Shown: piece by piece, positions 42,027 through 52,317 of the stretch | Layout of the letters: each line of letters opens with the position of its first letter | Position numbering within the stretch: position 1 is the stretch's first letter | Assembly: GCA_963728205.1 (NCBI GenBank) | Contig: CAVSIV010000001.1 | Span: 832,001-896,000, forward strand | Reading direction: 5' to 3' | Source: an uncultured Chloroflexia bacterium | Lineage (GTDB): Bacteria; Chloroflexota; Dehalococcoidia; UBA2979 | DNA: 64,000 nt | Notes under the pieces: model-generated | Databases searched by the model: none | Told to the model about the DNA's origin: nothing | What the model saw: only the letters and a program-made list of their open reading frames with translations | Program-made: the position numbers and the translations under genes

Positions 42027-43474
42027 GGCCGCGCCTCCTGCAGCCGCGCGAGCACCAGCGGCCCGAGCTCCGTGATGTCGCCGGCGCCGAACGTGACGAA
42101 GACGTCGCCCGGGCGCAGGTCGGCGGCGATGCGCTCGGCCGCGGCGGCGAACGACTCCAGGTAGACGGGCGCCGGCTTCGCAATCTCCGCGGCCAGCGCG
42201 CGGCCGTCCATGCCCTGGTCGGGCGTCTCGCGCGCGGCATACGTCGGCACGATGTAGAGCGCGTCGAGCCCCTCGAAGCAGTGGCGGAAGCCGTCGAGCA
42301 GGTACTGCGTGCGCGAGTACGTGTGCGGCTGGAAGCACGCGACCAGCCGCCGGTTCGGGTAGCGCTGCCGCCCGGCGCCGACGTTCACGCGCACCTCGGT
42401 CGGGTGGTGCGCGTAGTCGTCGACGATCGTGATCGGCCCACCCGGGCGCGCGACCTCGCCGACGAGGTCGAAGCGGCGGCTCGCGCCGGTGAACTCGGCG
42501 GCGGCGGCGGCCGCGCGGTGGAAGTCGACGCCGGCGCGCATCGCGACGGCGAGCGCGGCCAGCGCGTTCGCGACGTTGTGGCGGCCGGGCACCCGCAGCG
42601 AGATGCGCCCGAGCGCGGCGCCCTCGAGCAGGACGTCGAAGTTCGTGCCGCCGCGCTCGTTGCGGCGCAGCTTCGTCGCGCGCCACTCCACGTCGGCATG
42701 GTCGATGGCGAAGCGCTCGACGTGCACGCCCGCGGCGCGTCGCTCTTCGCCGATGCGCGCCGCCATCGGCGAGTCCTCGCCGACGAGCAGCAGCCCCCCG
42801 GCCACGACGCGCTCGGCGAAGGCGCGGAACGCGCCCTCGAGCCGCTCCGCGGTGCCGTAGTAATCGAGGTGGTCGGGCTCGACGTTGAGGATGACGGCGG
42901 TCTGCGGCGTGTACTGGAGGAACGCCTCCGCGTACTCGTCGGCCTCCACAATCGCGTGCGGGCCGGCGCCGTCGCGTACGTTGCCGCCGAGGTCGCGCGA
43001 GTCGCCGCCGAGCATCACCAGCGGGTCGAGCTCGCCGCGCGCGGCCATCAGCGCGACCAGCGAGGTCGTCGTCGTCTTGCCGTGCGTGCCGGCAATCGCC
43101 AGCACGTGGCGGTCGGCGATCAGGCGCTCGACCATCTCGGCGCGCACCATCACCGGGATGCCACGCTCGCGCGCGGCGACCAGCTCGGGGTTGTCGGACT
43201 TCGCCGCGACCGTCGCCACCACGAGCTCGGCGTCGTCGAGGTGCGACGCGTCGTGCGGGCCGATGTAGATGCGCGCCCCGAGCGCCTCGAGGCGCCGCGT
43301 GAAGTCCGAGGCCGCGAGGTCCGACCCGCTGACGGCGTGGCCGCGGTGCAGCAGCACCTGGCCGATCGCCGACATGTGCACGCCGCCGGCGCCGACGAGG
43401 TGCACGCGGTGCGGCGTCGTGCCGTTCCCGGCGCCGTGGCCGTTGCCGTTCTGCCGCGCGCGCAGGCCAATCAT
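42023..43474 (-). CDS. murC: UDP-N-acetylmuramate--L-alanine ligase
   Basis: GAGGVHMS, GTHGKTTT, EADE, DHLD, DDYAHHPTE, FQPH. Confidence 0.96.
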   Translation of the reverse strand: MIGLRARQNGNGHGAGNGTTPHRVHLVGAGGVHMSAIGQVLLHRGHAVSGSDLAASDFTRRLEALGARIYIGPHDASHLDDAELVVATVAAKSDNPELVAARERGIPVMVRAEMVERLIADRHVLAIAGTHGKTTTTSLVALMAARGELDPLVMLGGDSRDLGGNVRDGAGPHAIVEADEYAEAFLQYTPQTAVILNVEPDHLDYYGTAERLEGAFRAFAERVVAGGLLLVGEDSPMAARIGEERRAAGVHVERFAIDHADVEWRATKLRRNERGGTNFDVLLEGAALGRISLRVPGRHNVANALAALAVAMRAGVDFHRAAAAAAEFTGASRRFDLVGEVARPGGPITIVDDYAHHPTEVRVNVGAGRQRYPNRRLVACFQPHTYSRTQYLLDGFRHCFEGLDALYIVPTYAARETPDQGMDGRALAAEIAKPAPVYLESFAAAAERIAADLRPGDVFVTFGAGDITELGPLVLARLQEARP

Positions 43475-44550
43475 CGCTCGGCCGCCTCTCGCAGCAGCTC
43501 CGCGATGCGCGACGCCGCGTTCGGCCGCGCCAGCCCGCGCATCGCATCGGCCATCGCCTCGCGCCGCGGCGCGCTGTCGATGAGGTCGAGGATCGTCGCC
43601 TCGAGGTCGTCGATGGACCGCGACTCCAGCGTCACGGCCGCGCCGACGTTGGACAGGTAGGCGGCGTTCTCGTGCTGGTCGGAGTATGAGCCCGGAATCA
43701 CAATCGCCGGCAGGCCGCTGGCCGGCAGCTCGCCGAGCGTCGACGCGCCGGCGCGCGTGACCGCCAGGTCCGCGGCGGCCATCGCGTACGCCATCTCCTC
43801 GGTGTAGGCGTGCAGGTGATAGCGCTCGCGTTGCCAGTCGGGGAGCCGCTCGCGCTCGCGCGTCAGCCACTGCTCCTCGGCGGCGCCGCTGACGTGGATG
43901 ACCTGCATGCGCTCGAGCAGCCGCCGCAGCGCGGCGTGCACGACGAGGTTGATCTGGTGCGCGCCCAGCGACCCGCCGGCAATCAGCAGCGTCGGCAGGG
44001 CGGGGTCGAGCTCGAAGCGGCGGATGCCTTCTTCGCGCGTCGCCTCCTCGAACTGGCGCCGCAGCGGGTAGCCGGTGACGACGGTCTTGCGCCGCGGCAG
44101 GAAGTCCAGCGAGCGATCGACCGAGCACGCCACGGTGGTCGCCGAGCGCTGCATGTAGCGCACGGCCCAGCCGGGGCGGACGTCGGGCAGGAAGAGCACG
44201 AGCGGCACGCGGCGCGACTTCGCCGCGCGGCCGACCGGCGCGGCCGCATAGCCGCCGGTCGCGAAGACCGCGTGCGGGCGGTCCTGGTCGAGCAGCCGCC
44301 CCGCCGCGCGCGTGCCGCTCCACAGCGCGAACGCGCCGCGCGCGAGGCGCGCCGGCGAGCGGCCGCGGAACTGGGCGGCGGGGATCACGCGATAGGGGAT
44401 GCGCGCGCTCATCGCGACCTGCCGCTCGGCCCCGCGCTCGGTGCCGTAGTAGACGAGCTCCGTGTCGAGGTGCTCGCGCAGCCGCTCGGCCACCGCGATC
44501 GCGGGGTAGGCGTGGCCACCCGTGCCGCCGCCGGCGAGCGCGAACTTCAT
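43471..44550 (-). CDS. murG: lipid I N-acetylglucosaminyltransferase
   Basis: GGGTGGH, GGY, GGSLGA, RAGAST, Q..NA. Confidence 0.96.
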   Translation of the reverse strand: MKFALAGGGTGGHAYPAIAVAERLREHLDTELVYYGTERGAERQVAMSARIPYRVIPAAQFRGRSPARLARGAFALWSGTRAAGRLLDQDRPHAVFATGGYAAAPVGRAAKSRRVPLVLFLPDVRPGWAVRYMQRSATTVACSVDRSLDFLPRRKTVVTGYPLRRQFEEATREEGIRRFELDPALPTLLIAGGSLGAHQINLVVHAALRRLLERMQVIHVSGAAEEQWLTRERERLPDWQRERYHLHAYTEEMAYAMAAADLAVTRAGASTLGELPASGLPAIVIPGSYSDQHENAAYLSNVGAAVTLESRSIDDLEATILDLIDSAPRREAMADAMRGLARPNAASRIAELLREAAER

Positions 44551-45911
44551 CCCGAGCCCCCGGCCTTCGGGCGCCGCAGCGTGGGGCGTCGCACCGGGTC
44601 GACGGGCCGCTGCGGGCGCACGAACGTCGGGTCGCTCGTCCCGACCGTCACCGGCGCGGGGGCGGGCGCCCTGGCCGGCGCCGGTGACGCGGCCGGCTTC
44701 GGCTGCGGCTGCCGCTGCGCACGCACCGGCAGCCGCACCGCGCCGCGCACCGGCGCCGGCGCGACCTCGGCTTCGATAGCCGCGTAGCGCGAGACCGACA
44801 GCAGCAGCCCGAGCGCCGTCATCGTCGCGACGAGCGCCGAGCCGCCGTACGACATCAGCGGCAGCGGGATGCCGGTGAGCGGGAAGGTGTGCGTGACGCC
44901 GCCGATGTTGATCAGCGCCTGGAATCCGATCCACGCGAGCACGCCGACGGCGAGCAGCGAGCCGAACGGGTCGCCCGCGCGCTGCGCGATGCGCCAGCCG
45001 CGCCACAGCAGCAGCGCGAACAGCCCGAGCACGACAATCGCGCCGATCAGTCCCAGCTCCTCGCCGACGATCGCGAGGATGCCGTCGGTGTGCGACCCCG
45101 GCACGTAGAAGAACTTCTGCCGCGAGACCCCGAGCCCGAGCCCGCTGATGCCGCCGGAGCCGAACGCGATCAGCAGCTGGAGCGTGTGGAAGCCCACGCC
45201 CGACGGGTCGGAGTTCGGCGACGTGAACGAGAGGATGCGGTCCATGCGGTAGCCGCCGGAGAAGACCAGCACGACGAGCATCAGCAGCCCGCTCGCGCCG
45301 AGCACGAGCACGTGCTTGATGCGCGCGCCGGCGACGAAGAAGAGCGTGCCGGTGATCGCCGCGACCATCACCGCGGTGCCGAGGTCGGGCTCGAGCATGA
45401 TCAACGCGCCGACGATCCCGACCATGCTCACGAACGGGAAGACGCCGAGCGAGAAGTCCTTGAGGACGTCGCCCTTTGCGGCGAGCCAGGCCGACATGTA
45501 GATCAGCACCGCGAGCTTCGCGAACTCGCTCGGCTGCGCCTGGAAGGCGCCGCCCAGCGAGATCCAGCGGCGCGCGCCGTTCGACGCGAAGCCGACGCCG
45601 GGGACGAGCACGGCGGCGAGCCCGCCCAGCGCGACGAGCATCAGCAGCGGGCTGAGCATGCGCAGCCGGTGGTAGTCGAAGTTCATCGTGATCACGAGCG
45701 TGACCAGGCCGAAGACGGCGAAGACCGCCTGTCGCTTGATGAAGTAGTTGGCGTCGCCGAACTGCGCGTAGCCGAGCGCATACGACGCCGAGTAGACGGC
45801 GATCAGGCCCATCACGAGCAGCATCGCGATCACGGTGAGCAGCGCGTAGTCGGGCGCGTGGCGGCGCGGCGCGCTGCGGGCGGCGGCGGAGGCGGCGAAG
45901 GGGCGCGTCAT
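44547..45911 (-). CDS. ftsW: SEDS peptidoglycan glycosyltransferase FtsW
   Basis: NGARRWI, QPSEFAK, EPDLGT, HTD, PLTGIPLPLMSYGGS. Confidence 0.95.
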   Translation of the reverse strand: MTRPFAASAAARSAPRRHAPDYALLTVIAMLLVMGLIAVYSASYALGYAQFGDANYFIKRQAVFAVFGLVTLVITMNFDYHRLRMLSPLLMLVALGGLAAVLVPGVGFASNGARRWISLGGAFQAQPSEFAKLAVLIYMSAWLAAKGDVLKDFSLGVFPFVSMVGIVGALIMLEPDLGTAVMVAAITGTLFFVAGARIKHVLVLGASGLLMLVVLVFSGGYRMDRILSFTSPNSDPSGVGFHTLQLLIAFGSGGISGLGLGVSRQKFFYVPGSHTDGILAIVGEELGLIGAIVVLGLFALLLWRGWRIAQRAGDPFGSLLAVGVLAWIGFQALINIGGVTHTFPLTGIPLPLMSYGGSALVATMTALGLLLSVSRYAAIEAEVAPAPVRGAVRLPVRAQRQPQPKPAASPAPARAPAPAPVTVGTSDPTFVRPQRPVDPVRRPTLRRPKAGGSG

Positions 45912-47470
45912 CGCGCGCTCCCGTCGGGGGCGTCGAGCGCGCGGGCGGCGGCGGCGAAGGCGCGGCCGCGCTCCTCGAAGTTGCGGTAGGCGTCGAAGGA
46001 CGTGCCGGCCGGCGAGAACAGCACGACGTCGCCGGGCGCGGCGGCGGCAGCCGCGGCGCGCACCGCCTCCTCGACGGTGGCGACCTCGATGATCGCCGGT
46101 GCGGCCCCGCCGGCGTAGCCGGCACTCCGCGCGGCTCCGCCGGCGTAGCCGGCACTCCGCGCGGCTCCGCCGGCGTAGCCGGCACTCCGCGCGGCTCCGC
46201 CGGCGTAGCCGGCACTCCGCGCGGCCCCACCGGCATCCCGGACGGCACGCGCGAAGAGCGGGCCGGCCTCGCCGAACGCGATCACGGCGCGGCAGCGCGC
46301 GGCCGCCGCGGCGCCGAGCTCCGCGAGCGGCAGCTGCTTGTGGCGGCCGCCCAGCAGCAGCACCAGCGGCTCGACGTACGAGCGCATCCCGGCGAGCGTG
46401 CGCTCCGGCGTCGTCGCGATGGAGTCGTTCACGTACTGCACGTCGCCGGCGGTGGCGACCAGCTCGAGCCGGTGCGGCACGCCGCCGAACGCGCGCACGG
46501 CGTCGGCGACCGGCGCATCGGGGAGCGCCAGCTCGCCCGCCAGCGCCACGGCGGAGAGCACGTTCTCGACGTTGTGCTCGCCGCGCAGCCGGATCTCGTC
46601 GCGGCGCAGCACGACGCGCTCCGCGCCGTCGCGACGCGCGACCACAACGGCGCCGCCGTCCATGCCGCCGTCGGACCCGGCACGCAGCAGCGCGCCGTCC
46701 CCGGGGAGCTCCCCGCGCCGCGACGTCCCCACGACACGGCCGGGCGCCTCGCGCGCGAAGCCGCTGCACACGGCGTCGTCGAGGTTGAGCACCACGACGT
46801 CGTCCGGGCCCTGGAACTCGAAGATCCGACGCTTGAGGCCGACGTAGTCGTCCCACGAGAAGCGGTCGAGGTGGTTCGGCGTGACGTTTGTGACGCACGC
46901 GACGTGCGGGCTCCGCGAGACCGTCGCCAGCTGCGTGTGCGACAGCTCGATCACGACGCGCGTCTCGGGGCGGATGCGCTCGAGCAGCGACAGCATCCCC
47001 ACGCCGATGTTGCCGCCCACGACGTGGTCGACCCCGGCGGACGCCAGCATCGCGCCGACGAGCGCGGTCGTCGTGGTCTTGCCGGCGGACCCGGTGATGC
47101 CGGTGACCGGCGCGGGGCAGCGTTCCATGAACAGCTCGGCCATCGACGAGACGGGGATGCCCCCCGCGCGCGCGGCCGCGAGCTCCGGCAGCTCGGCGGG
47201 CACGCCCTGGGAGGCGAAGACGTAGTCGGCGCCGGCGACGGCCTCGGCGCGGTTCGCGCCCAGCGACAGGGTGGCGTGGCAGTCGGCGATGGCCGTCAGC
47301 TGGTCACCGAGTTCCTCGGGCGGCCGGCGATCGGACACGACGACCGCGGCTCCCTCGGAGGTGAGGTGCCGCACGAGGTCGACGCCCTCGATGCCGAGCC
47401 CGACAACGGTCACATGCGCCCCCCGGAGATTCGGTATAGGCGTCATAGCGGATGAGCCAATATTGTCCAC
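45908..47470 (-). CDS. murD: UDP-MurNAc-L-Ala--D-glutamate ligase (start may be ATG 47446)
   Basis: GLGIEG, TGSAGKTTT, NHLDR, HRLE, NDSIAT, SPAGTSFD. Confidence 0.95.
   Translation of the reverse strand: MDNIGSSAMTPIPNLRGAHVTVVGLGIEGVDLVRHLTSEGAAVVVSDRRPPEELGDQLTAIADCHATLSLGANRAEAVAGADYVFASQGVPAELPELAAARAGGIPVSSMAELFMERCPAPVTGITGSAGKTTTTALVGAMLASAGVDHVVGGNIGVGMLSLLERIRPETRVVIELSHTQLATVSRSPHVACVTNVTPNHLDRFSWDDYVGLKRRIFEFQGPDDVVVLNLDDAVCSGFAREAPGRVVGTSRRGELPGDGALLRAGSDGGMDGGAVVVARRDGAERVVLRRDEIRLRGEHNVENVLSAVALAGELALPDAPVADAVRAFGGVPHRLELVATAGDVQYVNDSIATTPERTLAGMRSYVEPLVLLLGGRHKQLPLAELGAAAAARCRAVIAFGEAGPLFARAVRDAGGAARSAGYAGGAARSAGYAGGAARSAGYAGGAARSAGYAGGAAPAIIEVATVEEAVRAAAAAAAPGDVVLFSPAGTSFDAYRNFEERGRAFAAAARALDAPDGSAR
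46101..46234. repeat. in-frame 30-bp tandem repeat (~4.4 copies) inside murD
   Basis: GCGGCTCCGCCGGCGTAGCCGGCACTCCGC units encoding (GGAARSAGYA)n. Confidence 0.95.
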
Positions 47471-47476
47471 AACCTA

Positions 47477-48439
47477 TCACACCGTCAACGCCAGCGCGAT
47501 GCCGACGATCGCCCCGGCGAACCCAATCAGCCACATGCGCGTCACGACCTGGGGCTCGCTCCAGCCCAGGAGCTCGAAATGGTTATGGAGGGGGGCCCGG
47601 CGGAAGATCCGGCGGCCGCCGGTCGTCTGGAAGTACGCGATCTGGATCACGTCGGAGAGCGCCTCGGCGACGAAGACGATTCCGATGATCGGGAGCAGCA
47701 GCCAGTGGCCGGTCATCAGGGCGACGGTGCCCAGCAGGGCGCCGAGCGGGATGGCGCCGGCGTCGCCCATGAAGACCTGCGCGGGGTGAGCGTTGTACCA
47801 GAGGAACCCCATCAAGGCCCCCACGACGGTCAGCGAGAACGTCGCGACGTACTGCTGCCCCTGGAGGAACCCGATCACCGCGTAGGCGGTGAACGCGATC
47901 GCCGCCGTGCCGCCGAGCAGGCCGTCGAGCCCGTCCGTGATCGACACCGCGGTGGTCGTCGCGAACATCGTGACGAACGCGACCACGAGGTAGAAGGCGC
48001 CGATCGAGAACTGGCCGGCCCACGGGATGTTCACGTTGCTGGCGTCGAGCCAGAAGTACATGACGCAGGCCACGCCGGCGGAGAGCAGCGTCTGGAGCGC
48101 GAACTTCACTCGCCAGCTCAGCCCCGCGCGGCCGAGCCGTCCGATCAGCGTGCCGCTGTCGTCCCACAGCCCGATCGCGAGCGTGATCGCGAGCACCGTC
48201 AGCGGCAGCAGGATCGAGAGCTTGTCGAAGAGGTTCGTCGGGATCGTGACGATCGCGACGGCGGCGAAGATGATGATGCCGCCCATCGTCGGCGTGCCGG
48301 CCTTCACCGCGTGCGTGGACGGCTGGTCCTCGGAGATCGCCTTGCCGTACTTGCGCGCACGGAGCCAGGCCACGATTGGCCGGCCGATCGCCAGCGCCAC
48401 GAGGAACGCCCCCATCCCGACGAGCATCGAGTAGGTCAC
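47477..48439 (-). CDS. mraY: phospho-N-acetylmuramoyl-pentapeptide transferase
   Basis: KAGTPTMGG, TDGLDGL, FMGD, APLHNHFE. Confidence 0.96.
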   Translation of the reverse strand: MTYSMLVGMGAFLVALAIGRPIVAWLRARKYGKAISEDQPSTHAVKAGTPTMGGIIIFAAVAIVTIPTNLFDKLSILLPLTVLAITLAIGLWDDSGTLIGRLGRAGLSWRVKFALQTLLSAGVACVMYFWLDASNVNIPWAGQFSIGAFYLVVAFVTMFATTTAVSITDGLDGLLGGTAAIAFTAYAVIGFLQGQQYVATFSLTVVGALMGFLWYNAHPAQVFMGDAGAIPLGALLGTVALMTGHWLLLPIIGIVFVAEALSDVIQIAYFQTTGGRRIFRRAPLHNHFELLGWSEPQVVTRMWLIGFAGAIVGIALALTV

Positions 48440-49854
48440 GGCGCCACCCCCCGGTCCCGCGTCACCGCCGCGACGACGGTCTCGAGCGCCAGCGCGTGCG
48501 AGCCCTTGATCAGCACGACGTCGCCGGGCTGCAGCGCGGCGATCAGCGCGGACGCGGCTGCCTCCCGGTCCGGGAGGTGCCGCGCGGCGGCCATGCCGTC
48601 GGCAGCGGCGGTTTGCGCGATCGCGGCGGCGAGGTCGCCGACGGTGAAGAGCATGTCCAGCCGCTCGGCCGCCAGGTGGCCGACGCGCTCGTGGGCCGGC
48701 GCCGACTCCGATCCGAGCTCGAGCATGTCGCCGAGCAGCGCGACGTGGCGGCCGGGCATCTCGGCGAGCAGCCGCAGCGCGGCGTCCATCGACGCCGGGT
48801 TCGCGTTGTAGGTGTCGTCGACCAGCGTGACGTCGCCGGTGAGCCGCACGACGCGCATGCGCGTCGGCACGTCGAGCGCCTCGATCGCGTCGGCGACGGC
48901 GTCGAACGCCATGCCGTCGGCGAGCGCGGCGGTGGCGGCGGCGAGCACGTTGCTCACGAGGTGCGCGCCGGGCAGCGGCACGCGCACGCGCCGCTCGTCC
49001 GCGCCGGCGGCGAGCGTGAAGTCGAAGCCGGGCGCGCCGTGGCTCTCCACGTCGCGCCCGCGTACGGCGAGCTCGCCGCGCGGGTCGTCGCCCGTGCCGA
49101 ACAGCCACACGCGCGCCGCGGTGTGCGACGCCATCCCGCGCACCTTCTCGTCGTCGGCGTTGAGCACGGCGTGGCCGTCGGCGGGGAGCGCCTCCGGGAG
49201 CTCGCGCTTCGCGCGTACGATCGCGTCGAGCGAGCCGGCGCGCTCGAGGTGCACCGGCCCGACGTTGAGCACGATGCCGATGCGCGGGTGCGTCCACGTG
49301 CACAGCCGGGCGATCTCGCCCGTCGTGTACATCCCCATCTCGATCACTGCGCGCTCCGTGCCGGGGCGCAGCTCGAGCAGGCACAGCGGGACGCCGATCT
49401 CGTTGTTGTAGTTGAGGGGCGTCGCCTGCACGCGCCGCGCCGCGCCGAGCACGCCGGCGGCGATCAGCTTCGTCGTCGTCTTGCCGACGTTGCCGGTCAC
49501 GCCCACGACCTCGAGGCCGGGCAGCGCGTCGCGCCAGGCGACCGCGACGCGCTGCAGCGCGGCGAGCGGGTCGTCGACGACGAAGCAGGCGGCGCCCTCG
49601 GTGCCGGGGACGGCGTGGGCGACGATGCAGCCGGTGGCGCCCGCCGCGACGGCGGCGGCGGCGTAGTCGTGGCCGTCGACGCGCTCGCCCGGCAGCGCGA
49701 TGAAGAGCTCGCCGGGCTGCACGAGACGGGAGTCGATCGCGGCGCGCGCGAAGCGCGCCTCGGCGGGGCCGGTGCGCGCGCGCAGCGCGTCGCCGAGGGC
49801 GGTCGCCACGAAGGCGGCGTCGAGCACCGGCGGGGGGCCGGCGGCGGCGGTCAT
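48436..49854 (-). CDS. murF: UDP-MurNAc-tripeptide--D-Ala-D-Ala ligase
   Basis: IDSR, TGNVGKTTTK, NNEIGVP, DDTYNANP, GDMLELG, KGS. Confidence 0.96.
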   Translation of the reverse strand: MTAAAGPPPVLDAAFVATALGDALRARTGPAEARFARAAIDSRLVQPGELFIALPGERVDGHDYAAAAVAAGATGCIVAHAVPGTEGAACFVVDDPLAALQRVAVAWRDALPGLEVVGVTGNVGKTTTKLIAAGVLGAARRVQATPLNYNNEIGVPLCLLELRPGTERAVIEMGMYTTGEIARLCTWTHPRIGIVLNVGPVHLERAGSLDAIVRAKRELPEALPADGHAVLNADDEKVRGMASHTAARVWLFGTGDDPRGELAVRGRDVESHGAPGFDFTLAAGADERRVRVPLPGAHLVSNVLAAATAALADGMAFDAVADAIEALDVPTRMRVVRLTGDVTLVDDTYNANPASMDAALRLLAEMPGRHVALLGDMLELGSESAPAHERVGHLAAERLDMLFTVGDLAAAIAQTAAADGMAAARHLPDREAAASALIAALQPGDVVLIKGSHALALETVVAAVTRDRGVAP

Positions 49855-51746
49855 CGCGCCGCGGCCAGCGGCGCGCCGGCGGCGGGCTCGCGCGGGAGGT
49901 CGGCGGTCGTCTGCGCGGGCGTCGTCGGCGCCGGGGTGGCGGTCGCCGTCGCCCTCTCGTCGGGGAGCAGCGGGTTCGTCACGATCTGCGGCACCGCGGG
50001 CGCCTGTGCGGTGCCCTGCGGCGGCGGCGGGGGCGCCGAGGGCGGCACGTCGAGGTACTGCATGATGTCGGCGGCCACCTTCGCGAAGACCGGCGCAGCG
50101 ACCTCGCCGCCCAGGTTCACCGGCCCGCTCGGCTGGTCAATCTTCACGAGGGCCGAGACGCGCGCGTCTGGGTAGGGGATGAACCCGGCGAACGACGCGA
50201 TCGTGGTGTTCAGCTCGTAGCCGGTCGGGATCGACACGAGCGTCGTCCCGGTCTTGCCCGCGACCTGGTACCCGGGCACGCGCGCCAGGTGGTAGGGCTG
50301 CCCCTCCACCACGTCGTTCATCAGCGCCTCGACGGTCGCGGCCGTCTTCGGCGACACCACGCGCCGCACCTCCACCGGTTCGAACGTGCGCACGCTGTCG
50401 CCCGTGACGATGCGCGCCACGATGTACGGCCGCATCAGCAGCCCGCCGTTCGCGAACGAGTTGACGGCGGTCAGCATCTGCAGCGGCGTCACCGCGATGC
50501 CCTGGCCGTACGAGTTCGTCGCGAGGTCGGCCGGGTACCAGTTCGGGTCGTCCGGCGTGCGCATCAGGCCGTCTGCCTCGCCGGACAGCCCCACGTGCGT
50601 CGACTCGCCGAAGCCGAACTTCTGCACCGAGGGATAGAACTTCTCGGCGCCGATCTTCTCCGCGAGCCACACCGCGCCCGTGTTCAGCGACTGCTGCAGG
50701 AAGTACCGCAGCGTCACGACGCCGTGCGCCGAGAAGTCCCAGTTGCGGATCGTGTAGCCGCCGACCGTGACCGCGCCCTTGTCGTCGTAGGTCGATTCCG
50801 GCGTGACGAGCCCGAGCTCGAGGGCGGTCGCGGTCGTCACCGTCTTGAAGACGGAGCCGGGCTCGTAGAGATCGGTGACGACGCGGTTGCGCACGAGGTT
50901 CTCGAGATTCGGGTCGTTCAGGTTGACGTCGGACAGGTTGACCGTTGGGCGCGACGCCATCGCGAGGATGGCTCCGCTCCGCGGGTCCATCACGAGGATC
51001 TCACCGCTCTTCGCCTGGTATTGCTTGAGCGCCTCGTCGAGCCGCTTCTCGGCGATCGCCTGCATGAAGCGGTCGATCGTGAGCTGCACCGTGCCGCCCG
51101 ACTCCGGGGCCTGCTCGGTGCGCGGGCCGAACGCGATCGGCCGGCCGAGCGCGTCGCGCTCGGTGGAGATCCAGCCGGCCTTGCCCTTGAGCAGGTTGTT
51201 GAAGTCGGACTCGATGCCCCACAGCCCGTTGTGGTCGAGGCCGACGAAGCCGACCAGCTGGCCGGCGAGGTTCCCCTCCGGGTAGATGCGCTTCGACGAG
51301 GGCACGAGGTGCACGCCCCACAGCCCCTGGCGCTCGATGTCGAGCCCGATCGCGTAGTCGACGTTGCGCTGCACGATCGCGTCCCCGTTGTCCTGGTCGG
51401 TCCCGATCTGCACGAGGTGGGCGGGGTCTTCCTGCAGCAGCGCGCCGAGCTGCGTCGCCGACTGCTCGGCCTTCACGTGATCGCGCCAGAGGAAGCGGTC
51501 GATGTAGACGTCCCAGGTGTCGATCGAGGTCGCGAGCGGGTAGCCGGTGGCGTCGATGATCGCACCGCGCGGCGCCGGCACGTCCGCCGCGCCGAGGTGC
51601 GTCTGCGTCGCCTCCTTGAGGTACTGCGTGTGGTGCAGGACCTGGATGTCGACGAGGCGCGCGCCCAGCACGACGATCGCGACGGACATCAGTCCGGCGA
51701 CGACCCAGTGGCGCCAGGTGAGGTGATTCGGCCGGGAGTCGCTCAC
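49851..51746 (-). CDS. ftsI: class B penicillin-binding protein (FtsI-like)
   Basis: RGAIID, R.YP, EPGSVFK (SxxK), SLN, KTGT; position in the dcw operon. Confidence 0.92.
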   Translation of the reverse strand: MSDSRPNHLTWRHWVVAGLMSVAIVVLGARLVDIQVLHHTQYLKEATQTHLGAADVPAPRGAIIDATGYPLATSIDTWDVYIDRFLWRDHVKAEQSATQLGALLQEDPAHLVQIGTDQDNGDAIVQRNVDYAIGLDIERQGLWGVHLVPSSKRIYPEGNLAGQLVGFVGLDHNGLWGIESDFNNLLKGKAGWISTERDALGRPIAFGPRTEQAPESGGTVQLTIDRFMQAIAEKRLDEALKQYQAKSGEILVMDPRSGAILAMASRPTVNLSDVNLNDPNLENLVRNRVVTDLYEPGSVFKTVTTATALELGLVTPESTYDDKGAVTVGGYTIRNWDFSAHGVVTLRYFLQQSLNTGAVWLAEKIGAEKFYPSVQKFGFGESTHVGLSGEADGLMRTPDDPNWYPADLATNSYGQGIAVTPLQMLTAVNSFANGGLLMRPYIVARIVTGDSVRTFEPVEVRRVVSPKTAATVEALMNDVVEGQPYHLARVPGYQVAGKTGTTLVSIPTGYELNTTIASFAGFIPYPDARVSALVKIDQPSGPVNLGGEVAAPVFAKVAADIMQYLDVPPSAPPPPPQGTAQAPAVPQIVTNPLLPDERATATATPAPTTPAQTTADLPREPAAGAPLAAAR

Positions 51747-51819
51747 CCCGCTCGTCCCCTCGTCGTGCGATCGCTCGTCGCCATCGCCGCGCCGGCCGCG
51801 GTCGGGCGGCGCGTGTGCG

Positions 51820-52317
51820 CTAGTTGAAGCCGGGCAGCCTGCTCAGCCAGCGCTCCCACCAGTTCGTCCGCGGCGCCGTCACCGGTGTCGTCGGCGCGAC
51901 ATAGCGTCGCGGCAGCGGCACGACCGCCGGCGCGGGGACGTCGACCTGCACCTGGAGCGTCTCCTTCGGCGGGACCATGCCGAGGCGGTCCACCGCCTCC
52001 GAGTGCACGCGCTCGAGGTTCGACCGCTCGGCGACCTGCGCCTCGAGCTGGCCGACGTCGGCGGAGAGCTGCGCGCGCTGCTGGTCGAGCGTGTGCAGCT
52101 GGTAGCCCGTCTCGGCAACGTGGCTCGACTGCAGCACCTGGAAGATGCCGACGGCGCCCATCAGCAGCAGGACGAACGCGACAATCAGCAGGCGCGAGAG
52201 CCGCACCATCGCGCGGCGCACGCCGAGGCGCGGGCTGGCGAACGGCGGCGCGGCGCGGCCGGCGGCGGCGCCGAGGGCGGCGCGCGGCCGCGGGGCCGTG
52301 GGCTGCAGGGTCGTCAT
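51820..52317 (-). CDS. ftsL: FtsL-like cell division protein
   Basis: Single TM plus coiled coil ending A..RLGM; lies between rsmH and ftsI. Confidence 0.75.
   Translation of the reverse strand: MTTLQPTAPRPRAALGAAAGRAAPPFASPRLGVRRAMVRLSRLLIVAFVLLLMGAVGIFQVLQSSHVAETGYQLHTLDQQRAQLSADVGQLEAQVAERSNLERVHSEAVDRLGMVPPKETLQVQVDVPAPAVVPLPRRYVAPTTPVTAPRTNWWERWLSRLPGFN

Noticed and set aside
46101-46234. Possible CRISPR array
   Set aside because: Head-to-tail repeats with no unique spacers, inside a CDS, and no cas genes in the window
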